Virus record (IMG/VR): IMGVR_UViG_3300045988_156777
Location: 1 to 29,955 of that record
Strand: one strand, 5' to 3'
DNA: 29,955 nucleotides
Origin: a virus
The position numbers and the translations under genes are program-made. Under the pieces are notes generated by a model. The model had not been told where the DNA came from. It saw only the letters and a program-made list of their open reading frames with translations, and ran no database searches. Below are positions 13,844 to 20,409 of this stretch, one piece after another (position 1 is the first letter of the stretch; each line of letters starts with the position of its first letter).

Positions 13844-14248
13844 GTGGAAGAACATATAGGGTCGAGAATATATAAAATACGTAAACATTTAAATTTGAGT
13901 ATGGAAAAATTTGGTAAACAAATAGGTATCTCAAAAGGTTCAATCAATAACATTGAAAAAGGAACTACCAACCCATCAAGTCAAACTATCAATTCTATAT
14001 GTCGAGAGTTCAACGTTGACTATGTATGGTTAACTGAAGGTATTGGAGACGATATGTTCATTTCTATACCTGATTCAAAGATAGATCAACTAATCGAAGA
14101 TTATGGATTAAAACCAGAAGATAAATGGCTTGTTCGAGGATACCTAGAAGCACCACCTGATATAAAAAAGCAAGTTGCAGATTATTTGTGGTCAATTGTA
14201 AATAGAGAACTAGCTAAAAGAGAAAAAGAAAAGAGTAACAAGAAATAA
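13844..14248 (+). CDS. XRE-family (CI-like) repressor
   Basis: ORF track gives 13835..14248. The GTG at 13844 is better spaced from AGAGGTG. HTH IGSRIYKIRKHLNLSMEKFGKQIGISKGSINNIEKG. Confidence 0.85.
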   Translation: MEEHIGSRIYKIRKHLNLSMEKFGKQIGISKGSINNIEKGTTNPSSQTINSICREFNVDYVWLTEGIGDDMFISIPDSKIDQLIEDYGLKPEDKWLVRGYLEAPPDIKKQVADYLWSIVNRELAKREKEKSNKK

Positions 14249-14262
14249 CTGTTACTCTTTAT
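14232..14262 (+). terminator. terminator overlapping the repressor stop codon
   Basis: AGAGTAACA (14232-14240) pairs with TGTTACTCT (14250-14258), then T-rich sequence. Confidence 0.5.
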
Positions 14263-14313
14263 TTACTATATGTTTACTGTATGTTTGCTGTATGTTTGCT
14301 ATATGTTTACTAA
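14261..14313. repeat. 11-bp tandem repeat ATGTTT(A/G)CT(G/A)T, four full copies plus one degenerate
   Basis: Units at 14270, 14281, 14292 and 14303, preceded by a degenerate ATTTACTAT at 14261. Intergenic, between two terminators. Confidence 0.75.
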
Positions 14314-14339
14314 TAAAAAAGCTAGACTAAATCTAGCTT
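14314..14339 (-). terminator. terminator of the mazEF operon
   Basis: AAGCTAGA (14319-14326) pairs with TCTAGCTT (14332-14339). The A6 run on the plus strand gives a T-run on the minus strand. Confidence 0.7.
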
Positions 14340-14355
14340 ATGTACTAGAATGTAA

Positions 14356-14682
14356 TTAATCGAATATAGATTGTACTACATCCAGTACTTCTTGAAGAAT
14401 GTGTTCCGGGCATTCTTCTTTTTTTGTTACTTTTCGTGCTTTTAAGTCAAGGGTTTTTACATGTTCACATAGAACACATCCTGTAGTTTTCATTTTGGGG
14501 TCTAAAGGAATATGCATAGGAAAATCTTTTGTGTTATTTGTAATAGGACAAATAACATACAATCCCATGATTCTATTATAATCATCATTTGATATTATCA
14601 AGCATGGTCTGTCACCTGCTTGTTCATGACCTCTAACGGGGTCTAAATTTGTGAACACTATATCGCCTTGTTTGTAGCTCAT
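14356..14682 (-). CDS. mazF: MazF/PemK-family endoribonuclease toxin
   Basis: KQGDIVFTNLDPVRGHEQAGDRPCLIIS...ICPIT is the canonical MazF/PemK N-terminal signature. TAATG overlap with the antitoxin gene. Confidence 0.9.
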   Translation of the reverse strand: MSYKQGDIVFTNLDPVRGHEQAGDRPCLIISNDDYNRIMGLYVICPITNNTKDFPMHIPLDPKMKTTGCVLCEHVKTLDLKARKVTKKEECPEHILQEVLDVVQSIFD

Positions 14683-14933
14683 TAAAAAATCTCCTTTCCA
14701 ACTACTTCATCAGACCATATTTCTTCTTGCTGTGTTGGGCCTTCATAATTGGCAAATCGTTCGGCAATAGACATACGTCTTTTCTTGTTTGGTGTAAGTG
14801 TAATTGAATTGTTTTCTACTGTCATTTGTAGTTCATCGCCCGTTTTGAGTGACAGAAGTTCCATAACTGCCATAGGCAATCTTATCCCTTGACTGTTACC
14901 CCATTTTGTAATTTTTAAACTGCTGTTTGACAT
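14682..14933 (-). CDS. mazE: MazE/AbrB-SpoVT-type antitoxin
   Basis: KITKWGNSQGIRLPMAVMELLSLKTGDEL is the swapped-hairpin AbrB/MazE motif. GGGAGG before the ATG. Confidence 0.9.
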   Translation of the reverse strand: MSNSSLKITKWGNSQGIRLPMAVMELLSLKTGDELQMTVENNSITLTPNKKRRMSIAERFANYEGPTQQEEIWSDEVVGKEIF

Positions 14934-14957
14934 AATATACCTCCCATCTCCTCTAAA

Positions 14958-14990
14958 ATAAGTATATACATTGTATATTTATATTGTCAA
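14958..14990 (-). promoter_or_regulatory. mazEF promoter with palindromic operator
   Basis: TTGACA on the minus strand (14990-14985), with TATATA/TATACT 16-17 nt downstream. A perfect 15-nt palindrome ATATACATTGTATAT (14964-14978) overlaps the -10. Confidence 0.6.
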
Positions 14991-14991
14991 C

Positions 14992-15022
14992 AAAAAAACG
15001 TCAATTATATTTGACGTTTTTT
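14992..15022. terminator. bidirectional terminator
   Basis: A7 ACGTCAA ttatat TTGACGT T6; perfect stem with an A-run on one side and a T-run on the other. Confidence 0.8.
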
Positions 15023-15035
15023 AAATTTGCGCGTA

Positions 15036-15051
15036 AATACCTATAGGTATT
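15036..15051. promoter_or_regulatory. perfect 16-bp palindrome AATACCTATAGGTATT
   Basis: Read directly from the sequence. Intergenic, between the terminator and the small ORF. Confidence 0.4.
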
Positions 15052-15055
15052 AGTG

Positions 15056-15175
15056 TTATTCATTTTTAGATAATAACAGCAGTCTTTGTGCATGATTATA
15101 CAGAATTTGCAGATCATCCACGTTAAGTTTTTCTGCTAGGATAATTAATTTTTTTATCCATAAATCCCTTTCCAT
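15056..15175 (-). CDS. candidate small helical protein (39-45 aa)
   Basis: Below the cutoff; MERDLWIKKLIILAEKLNVDDLQILYNHAQRLLLLSKNE. Alternative start at 15193 within a duplicated ATGGAAAGGGAT. TTGACA (15267-15262) with an AT-rich -10 lies upstream on the minus strand. Confidence 0.3.
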   Translation of the reverse strand: MERDLWIKKLIILAEKLNVDDLQILYNHAQRLLLLSKNE

Positions 15176-15349
15176 AAGATCATCCCTTTCCATTCATTTT
15201 CTATGAATAAAAAGAAAAACGTTTTCCTTATTTTAATATAATAAGTCTTAAATTTCATATGTCAATGTCTGTTTTGTATTAAATTGTACAAACATAATAC
15301 TAAAATGTGCAAGTGGTTATATATCACATTTCCAGTCTCGAATTTTTTC

Positions 15350-15359
15350 GGGGGGGGGG
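15350..15359. repeat. G10 homopolymer tract
   Basis: cGGGGGGGGGGt read directly from the sequence. It sits between TCGAAT (15338-15343) and TAGAAT (15360-15365). Confidence 0.95.
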
Positions 15360-15533
15360 TAGAATTTTTAATGTACTTTTGGTTATATTATTAACTAATT
15401 TTGTTTTGTAAATATTTATTAATATTTTTCATTTTTCATTACTCTTTTTAAAATGTGATGTTATTATTCATGTGTACATGATAAATATTTTAGGCTTTTT
15501 TCTATTTCCTCAAGAAAAGATTAGCAGAGAATG

Positions 15534-15576
15534 AAAAACAGATAGTGGTGTTGAGCAGCATACACTATCTGTTTTT
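15534..15576. terminator. bidirectional terminator
   Basis: AAAAACAGATAGTG (15534-15547) pairs perfectly with CACTATCTGTTTTT (15563-15576). Confidence 0.8.
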
Positions 15577-15738
15577 CATTTTATATTCATTCATAACTTG
15601 TTTAATATCTTCACCAACTATATTCCAATCATTAGATAATGCTATATAGTCGTCATAAAACGATCTTGTTTTAATTTCAATTTTCGGAAATAAGTTTATA
15701 CTTTTAATTCCTTTTATTACATAATCAATTATCTTCAT
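15565..15738 (-). CDS. small protein (57 aa) co-transcribed with the PBECR-like gene
   Basis: Below the cutoff. AGAGGTG before ATG 15738. MKIIDYVIKGIKSINLFPKIEIKTRSFYDDYIALSNDWNIVGEDIKQVMNEYKMKNR; the stop lies inside the terminator stem. Confidence 0.55.
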   Translation of the reverse strand: MKIIDYVIKGIKSINLFPKIEIKTRSFYDDYIALSNDWNIVGEDIKQVMNEYKMKNR

Positions 15739-15753
15739 ACACACCTCTAACTA

Positions 15754-16122
15754 TTATAATTTATTTGTTTTTAATTTATTGTATTTAGTTTCATTTATTG
15801 GATAAATCGTTTTAATCTTTAATATTGGCCCTGAACTTATTCTAACTGCAACTAGTACATTGTCTTCCATTTTCTTAACAATTTGTAAGCTGTTATTCTT
15901 TTTGTCCTCCGATATAAAATCTGGATTAGAAACAATCAATGATAAATCTCTGAAAACAATATCTAAAAACAAAGGATCAGTAAAATCTTCTCTGTGTCTT
16001 TCTATATGATTTATTCTGTCATCATACAAAGCAATAGTTTTATCTTTATATGATTCATCTAATCCAAACGTTTCTATGTATTCATCTGTTATTTTATATA
16101 ACATCTTTTTTGATTTATTCAT
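15754..16122 (-). CDS. PBECR-like (barnase/EndoU/colicin-E5/RelE-fold) putative nuclease toxin; tentative
   Basis: ORF track gives 15754..16137. ATG at 16122 follows GGGAGA. The pattern IALYDDRINHIERHREDF...IVSNPDFI...NVLVAVRIS...KIKTIYPI resembles PBECR-family proteins as I remember them. Confidence 0.45.
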   Translation of the reverse strand: MNKSKKMLYKITDEYIETFGLDESYKDKTIALYDDRINHIERHREDFTDPLFLDIVFRDLSLIVSNPDFISEDKKNNSLQIVKKMEDNVLVAVRISSGPILKIKTIYPINETKYNKLKTNKL

Positions 16123-16148
16123 GATTATATCTCCCAAATATAAAGTAA

Positions 16149-16173
16149 AGGCCTTGTTGCATTAACAAGGCCT
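16149..16173 (-). terminator. terminator
   Basis: AGGCCTTGTT (16149-16158) pairs with AACAAGGCCT (16164-16173). T-rich sequence follows on the minus strand. Confidence 0.7.
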
Positions 16174-16390
16174 ACAATTTGTGTATATGGTGGGGCGATA
16201 GTTCCCACATCTCATCAGAATTCACATTCCTACCCTTGACACTTTCGTGCGCGATAGCCATCTTTCTATCCTCACATACACAATCAGAATGTTTTCTTTC
16301 AGCCAATAGACCTATCCAGTTCGAGGTGAACACAAACAACCCTACGGAAGCTATAAGCACTATGCATGCTGGAACACAATACTTAATCAT
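16172..16390 (-). CDS. small protein with an N-terminal TM helix (72 aa)
   Basis: ORF track. Ends in a terminator; weak RBS. Locally higher GC, so the mirror ORF on the plus strand is also open. Confidence 0.45.
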   Translation of the reverse strand: MIKYCVPACIVLIASVGLFVFTSNWIGLLAERKHSDCVCEDRKMAIAHESVKGRNVNSDEMWELSPHHIHKL

Positions 16391-16536
16391 AGCTTAACAG
16401 AACCTAATCTGTGACAAACAAGATAGAGCAGCAAGCTTATCTTCATCCGTATATTACATTATTTGCTAGTGAATTTCAATCAAATTTCTCCTATTTTTGT
16501 ACTTTTTTGTAACATTGTGTAATCTAATATCACTTT

Positions 16537-17634
16537 TTATAACAACTTATTCATCATATCTACAATGCTCTTGTCTTTTGTATCAAACCAGTGTGCATAT
16601 GTATTGTGCAATGTTTCAACCGTGTCTCCTAAGCGCTTGGCTATATCAAAATCTGAGAATCCAGCTCCTGCCATGTTATTAATTAGGAATGATGCATGTG
16701 AATGTCTAAAATCATGAATTCTTATTTTAGGTAATCCATCATCTTTTTCTTTTGCCTTATTATATGCATCATCAAATCTTCTTTGTACTGTCTGAGGTGA
16801 TATTGGTTTATAATATCCAAACACGAATTTATCTTTTGTGAAATCATCCCATTTAGAACATTCTAAAAACCATTCTCGAAGCATTTTAGACAATGTATTA
16901 GGCATTGTGATAGTTCTATAGCTATTGTTTGTTTTCGGTGGTGTAAGCCATTTATTAGGGTCTTTCTCTTTGTATCTGTATGTTTTGTTGATATCTATCG
17001 TTTGCTTCCTAAAATCAATGTCCTTCCATTGTAGAGCCATTGCTTCACCTTTTCGTAATCCCATATAGAATAAAACAGAATAAAAACATTTCATCATTTG
17101 TTCATCTACTTCTTCAATAAATAAATCAAAATCATATTGCTGCCATATTGTCATTTCTTCTTTTCTTTCATTCAATCTAAGATCACGTTTTACATATGTC
17201 ATTGGATTGGTTGGAATGTATTCAGAAGTAACACCAAATTTATATAGCTTATTTAAAAAGAAATATATTCTTGATACGTATGCTTTTGAATATTTCTCAT
17301 CAAATTTGTTGATCAAGTTTTGCATTTGTCTTTTATCTAGAAAATCAATATCTTTCATTTCCTTAGAAAGAACATTGTATAAATATTCATCTGATTTTAG
17401 CGTTGATTCTTTTACATACTTTTTATTATATTCTTTAAAAGCTTTATATAGTCTGTCAAAATTCATATCTGATGGAAGCATAAAGAAATCTTTCCTAAAT
17501 TCAACCTCAGCTTTTTGTGCTTCCCATTTAGAATCAAAACCACGCTTACGATATCTCTTTATACATTTGCCATCTTTATATATTTTTCCAGCAAACATAT
17601 ATTTTCCTGTCTTCTTATCTAATTCCACTGCCAT
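16537..17634 (-). CDS. int: phage integrase (tyrosine recombinase with an N-terminal arm-binding-type domain)
   Basis: GLRKGEAMAL (Arg), IRIHDFRHSHAS (His-x-x-Arg), LGDTVETLHNTYAH (Tyr). AAGAGGG before the ATG. Confidence 0.95.
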   Translation of the reverse strand: MAVELDKKTGKYMFAGKIYKDGKCIKRYRKRGFDSKWEAQKAEVEFRKDFFMLPSDMNFDRLYKAFKEYNKKYVKESTLKSDEYLYNVLSKEMKDIDFLDKRQMQNLINKFDEKYSKAYVSRIYFFLNKLYKFGVTSEYIPTNPMTYVKRDLRLNERKEEMTIWQQYDFDLFIEEVDEQMMKCFYSVLFYMGLRKGEAMALQWKDIDFRKQTIDINKTYRYKEKDPNKWLTPPKTNNSYRTITMPNTLSKMLREWFLECSKWDDFTKDKFVFGYYKPISPQTVQRRFDDAYNKAKEKDDGLPKIRIHDFRHSHASFLINNMAGAGFSDFDIAKRLGDTVETLHNTYAHWFDTKDKSIVDMMNKLL

Positions 17635-17657
17635 TTTTTGTGCCCTCTTATATGTCC

Positions 17658-17720
17658 ATAATATGCAAAAAAGGGGTATAATTCAATATTTTAATATCAA
17701 ATTATACCCCAATATACCCC
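17658..17720 (-). promoter_or_regulatory. integrase promoter overlapped by TATACCCC repeats
   Basis: Minus strand reads TTGAAT (17686-17681), a 17-nt spacer, then TATTAT (17663-17658). Inverted repeat GGGGTATAAT (17673-17682) / ATTATACCCC (17701-17710), plus a third direct copy ATATACCCC (17712-17720). Confidence 0.55.
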
Positions 17721-17726
17721 AAGGCA

Positions 17727-17753
17727 AATAAAAAAGCCTTTAAATAAAGGCTT
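17727..17753 (-). terminator. terminator of the lysis operon
   Basis: AAGCCTTTA pairs with TAAAGGCTT (17734-17753). The plus-strand A-run gives a T-run on the minus strand. Confidence 0.65.
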
Positions 17754-17944
17754 AAATTTCAATGGAGCAGATGAGGGGATTATATAAATACCTCATATCT
17801 ATTGATATTTGATGTTATTTACATCGTTATCTACGTGTTTTGATAACACTTTGTTGTTTTGTACCCCAAAATGTACCTCACTGCTTCACGCAAGAAAGAT
17901 AATACAGTATAAACTATATTATGTCAAACACTTTTTGAATTTTT

Positions 17945-19021
17945 TTATTGAACCTCAATCAATGGGCCACAGTTTACCCAAACTCCGCCAATCTTTGCAA
18001 GATTCTTTTTCACATTGACTTCATCCACACGAATACGTGTTACATATACAATTGCATTTGTGGTGTGTAACACATTGTCGTTATATCCGTCTGAGTTTGG
18101 CACTTTGTCGACCAATCGAATTGGAAACCAACCGCCTAATTGAGATAAGTAACAACATAAATCATCACCAATCTTTTTCAAGCCTTGGTTGCCAATTTTC
18201 ATATGTACAGATGTAACATAGCTACCTTTATGCAAAATTTGGTCGATAGCTTCTGCGCTAGACTGTGTGGCGCCAACTGGCACATGAGGGTCTGTATCGA
18301 TACCAGCATCATTAGTCCATCCAATCGCTACTCCATTACGATCAACACGATATGGATATTTTGTTCCTTTAATTACTCTACCAATGACACCTGACCAATC
18401 ACCTTTTTTAACTGTAGAAGTTCCGTAGCAATTCACACTCAATGTGTTTGTACAGATAGGTAAATTAACTGAATATTTTTCTCCACTTGGAGTTGTAGGT
18501 TTTGGTGTTTCAACCTTTCCATCTAACTTTGCATTTACTTCATTAGCCAATTGTGGCATACGTGCTTCCAACCATGCTCCAGGGCATGATGTAGCCGCAA
18601 ACATTTTGTGCATAGTCAATGATCCGCTAGAATTTCCTGTATAGTTCAATCTAAATCCATATCGTTTACAAATATCAACACATAGATTCACCAAGCTATC
18701 CCAAGTAGCTTGCGTCATTTCTCCAGTTGCGTTATTAATGTTTCCACATTCAATCGTAATTGATTGAGAATCATTCAACCAATTTGAACTTGTCCATGCA
18801 GCATTTTCTTCATCAACACTGCATGCAATGTCTCCATTAATTCCAATACAATAATTGGAAGATGCTTGACGAGTATTTCGTGCAAAATAATCTGCACATT
18901 GTTTACCACTCCATGCCGCAGCCATGTAGTGTGGAGTGATTTTACAAATCTTATATCCAAAACGACCATCATAATGTTGTGATGTTCTGTTACAATATGT
19001 TGCTAATCCGGAATACGACAT
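17945..19021 (-). CDS. endolysin: N-acetylmuramoyl-L-alanine amidase (Amidase_2/PGRP type) with C-terminal SH3-like wall-binding repeats
   Basis: N-terminal CKITPHYMA...SNYCIG...WTSSNW.NDSQSITIEC...HKMFAATSCPG is the Amidase_2 pattern. Sits directly downstream of the holin. Confidence 0.9.
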   Translation of the reverse strand: MSYSGLATYCNRTSQHYDGRFGYKICKITPHYMAAAWSGKQCADYFARNTRQASSNYCIGINGDIACSVDEENAAWTSSNWLNDSQSITIECGNINNATGEMTQATWDSLVNLCVDICKRYGFRLNYTGNSSGSLTMHKMFAATSCPGAWLEARMPQLANEVNAKLDGKVETPKPTTPSGEKYSVNLPICTNTLSVNCYGTSTVKKGDWSGVIGRVIKGTKYPYRVDRNGVAIGWTNDAGIDTDPHVPVGATQSSAEAIDQILHKGSYVTSVHMKIGNQGLKKIGDDLCCYLSQLGGWFPIRLVDKVPNSDGYNDNVLHTTNAIVYVTRIRVDEVNVKKNLAKIGGVWVNCGPLIEVQ

Positions 19022-19116
19022 TCTTCATCTACACCTTCTTCCTTGCCATTGCTTAATTCTTCTTTTGCTTCTTCTGATAGATTCTCATAATCTACTACTT
19101 TTTCTTCATCATTCAT
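19003..19116 (-). CDS. small very acidic ORF (37 aa) between holin and endolysin
   Basis: Below the cutoff. GGAGGA lies 6 nt before ATG 19116. MNDEEKVVDYENLSEEAKEELSNGKEEGVDEECRIPD; its last 19 nt overlap the endolysin start out of frame. Confidence 0.4.
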   Translation of the reverse strand: MNDEEKVVDYENLSEEAKEELSNGKEEGVDEECRIPD

Positions 19117-19118
19117 TA

Positions 19119-19340
19119 TTATTCCTCCGGTACACTAATTTCAGGTAATCCGCCAATACTAGTCAGCAACGAGACGATGCCTGACAAAACCGCTGACGAA
19201 ATTACAACTCGCCAATCAACGGCTTCCAATAATGCAGATGCTCCAATAACACCAACAGCAGTTTGAGCAATTGTCTTTAATGCTCTAATACTTGCGTAAT
19301 AGCCATATTGAATCCACCATTCTTTACTATATTTTTTCAT
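19119..19340 (-). CDS. holin (73 aa, two TM helices)
   Basis: ORF track gives 19119..19346 from a TTG. ATG at 19340 is 9 nt from GGAGG. IRALKTIAQTAVGVIGASALL and VVISSAVLSGIVSLLTSIGGL are the two helices. Confidence 0.8.
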   Translation of the reverse strand: MKKYSKEWWIQYGYYASIRALKTIAQTAVGVIGASALLEAVDWRVVISSAVLSGIVSLLTSIGGLPEISVPEE

Positions 19341-19379
19341 TTTCAAATACCTCCTATCCTAATGATAGTATTTAAATCG

Positions 19380-19396
19380 TTTGTACACTGTACAAA
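19380..19396. promoter_or_regulatory. perfect 17-bp palindrome TTTGTACA-C-TGTACAAA upstream of the holin gene
   Basis: Read directly from the sequence. Lies between the upstream terminator and the holin RBS. Confidence 0.5.
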
Positions 19397-19401
19397 ATAA
19401 A

Positions 19402-19420
19402 AGACCGTATTTAACGGCCT
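19402..19420 (-). terminator. terminator
   Basis: AGACCGT pairs with ACGGCCT (one mismatch). The plus-strand A-rich run 19394-19401 gives a T-run on the minus strand. Confidence 0.5.
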
Positions 19421-19893
19421 TATTGATACATATTAAACATGTCTCGTATATGTGTCTTAATCATTGTTTTTTCTTCATCTGAATCAACGCATCCATGAAT
19501 CATAGTTACGATTTGTTGCATACATTTCATAGTCTTATCTAATTCACGATGAGACTTTTCCAAATCCATATCGCCTTTTGTACGCGAATATTCTTCTTTG
19601 AACGCTTTATATTTTTTCAAATGTTCTGCAAGCTTATAAACAATATCTTCTGTTTCTGGATCATGAATATTATATCCATCATTATCTTCTTTTAATCGGG
19701 CTACAGTTGAAACTCCATCTTTTCCTATCTCAATTTGATATTTATTTCTCATTGCTTCTATAGTTTCGATATCTTTGATATTATCCAAAGCTTGAGATAA
19801 TGCATGGAAATAAGATTCTGCATATCCATATTTCTCTAACATGTTCACTGACTCATGCATTATCTTTTCATTAACTTCCATTGCTTTATGCAT
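19420..19893 (-). CDS. hypothetical helical protein (157 aa)
   Basis: ORF track gives 19420..19902 from a GTG. ATG at 19893 is better spaced from AGGTGA. Confidence 0.7.
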   Translation of the reverse strand: MHKAMEVNEKIMHESVNMLEKYGYAESYFHALSQALDNIKDIETIEAMRNKYQIEIGKDGVSTVARLKEDNDGYNIHDPETEDIVYKLAEHLKKYKAFKEEYSRTKGDMDLEKSHRELDKTMKCMQQIVTMIHGCVDSDEEKTMIKTHIRDMFNMYQ

Positions 19894-19902
19894 ATATTTC
19901 AC

Positions 19903-20322
19903 CTACGCAATCTTTTTAATGATAATGTTTGCATTTTGAACAGATAGATCTAAACCACTGTTATTTGCTAATGCAATTGTATAAGATGCACCACATGGAA
20001 CTTGAATTAGAGTGTCTCCACTTACATTTCCATACGAACTTGCAGTTGCAACAGTATAAATAGATTGTGTTCCACCAATTGCTTCTCCGTTTAGTTCAAG
20101 CACTAAAGAAGCTTGTCCTGCCACTGCACTCGTAATATCCGCAGTATAAGTTACTTCATAGATACCTGGCTTTGTTAGTGTAAACAATCCACTTCCTAGA
20201 TCATGTGCCAACCATCCTTTACATGGACACTGGCAGGATTTTGATCTTACACGATCTGTAGGAAACAATACATTATTTGAATTATCGACTGTCTGAACAG
20301 TCGTAGCAATACTATTAATCAT
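19903..20322 (-). CDS. BclA C-terminal-domain-like (C1q/TNF-like jelly-roll) protein without a collagen stalk
   Basis: AGGAGGA before the ATG. FTLTKPGIYEVTYTADITSAVAGQASLVLELNGEAIGG and the C-terminal NANIIIKKIA parallel B. anthracis BclA (FVISETGFYKITVIANT...IQVNGVPV...SASIIIEKVA, from memory). Confidence 0.6.
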   Translation of the reverse strand: MINSIATTVQTVDNSNNVLFPTDRVRSKSCQCPCKGWLAHDLGSGLFTLTKPGIYEVTYTADITSAVAGQASLVLELNGEAIGGTQSIYTVATASSYGNVSGDTLIQVPCGASYTIALANNSGLDLSVQNANIIIKKIA

Positions 20323-20339
20323 TTATTTTATCCTCCTAT

Positions 20340-20368
20340 TAAAATAGGGATAGCCTTTCGACTATCCC
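20340..20368 (-). terminator. terminator
   Basis: GGGATAG (20347-20353) pairs with CTATCCC (20362-20368). T-rich sequence follows on the minus strand. Confidence 0.5.
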
Positions 20369-20409
20369 GTTAAATCCAAAGGCAATTGCCTAATCACATA
20401 TGTGCTAGA

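Noticed and set aside
15164-15193. Duplicated 12-mer ATCCCTTTCCAT (15164-15175 and 15182-15193) considered as a regulatory repeat
   Set aside because: There are only two copies and they coincide with two alternative in-frame starts (MERD..MERD) of a doubtful small ORF. Too little to interpret.
16186-16215. Possible tRNA 3' end (minus strand reads ...GGGAACTATCGCCCCACCA), considered as an att core
   Set aside because: No T-loop consensus (GTTCRANNC) and no complementary acceptor or T stems can be drawn, so the CCA ending is coincidental.
16179-16397. 72-aa plus-strand mirror ORF of 16172..16390
   Set aside because: Both strands are open here because the local GC is higher. Only the minus-strand version ends at a terminator and fits operon polarity. 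Neither is strongly supported.
17207-17731. 174-aa plus-strand ORF
   Set aside because: It lies entirely antisense to the integrase gene, has no RBS, and has a Leu/Ser/Phe-rich shadow composition typical of the reverse strand of AT-rich coding DNA.
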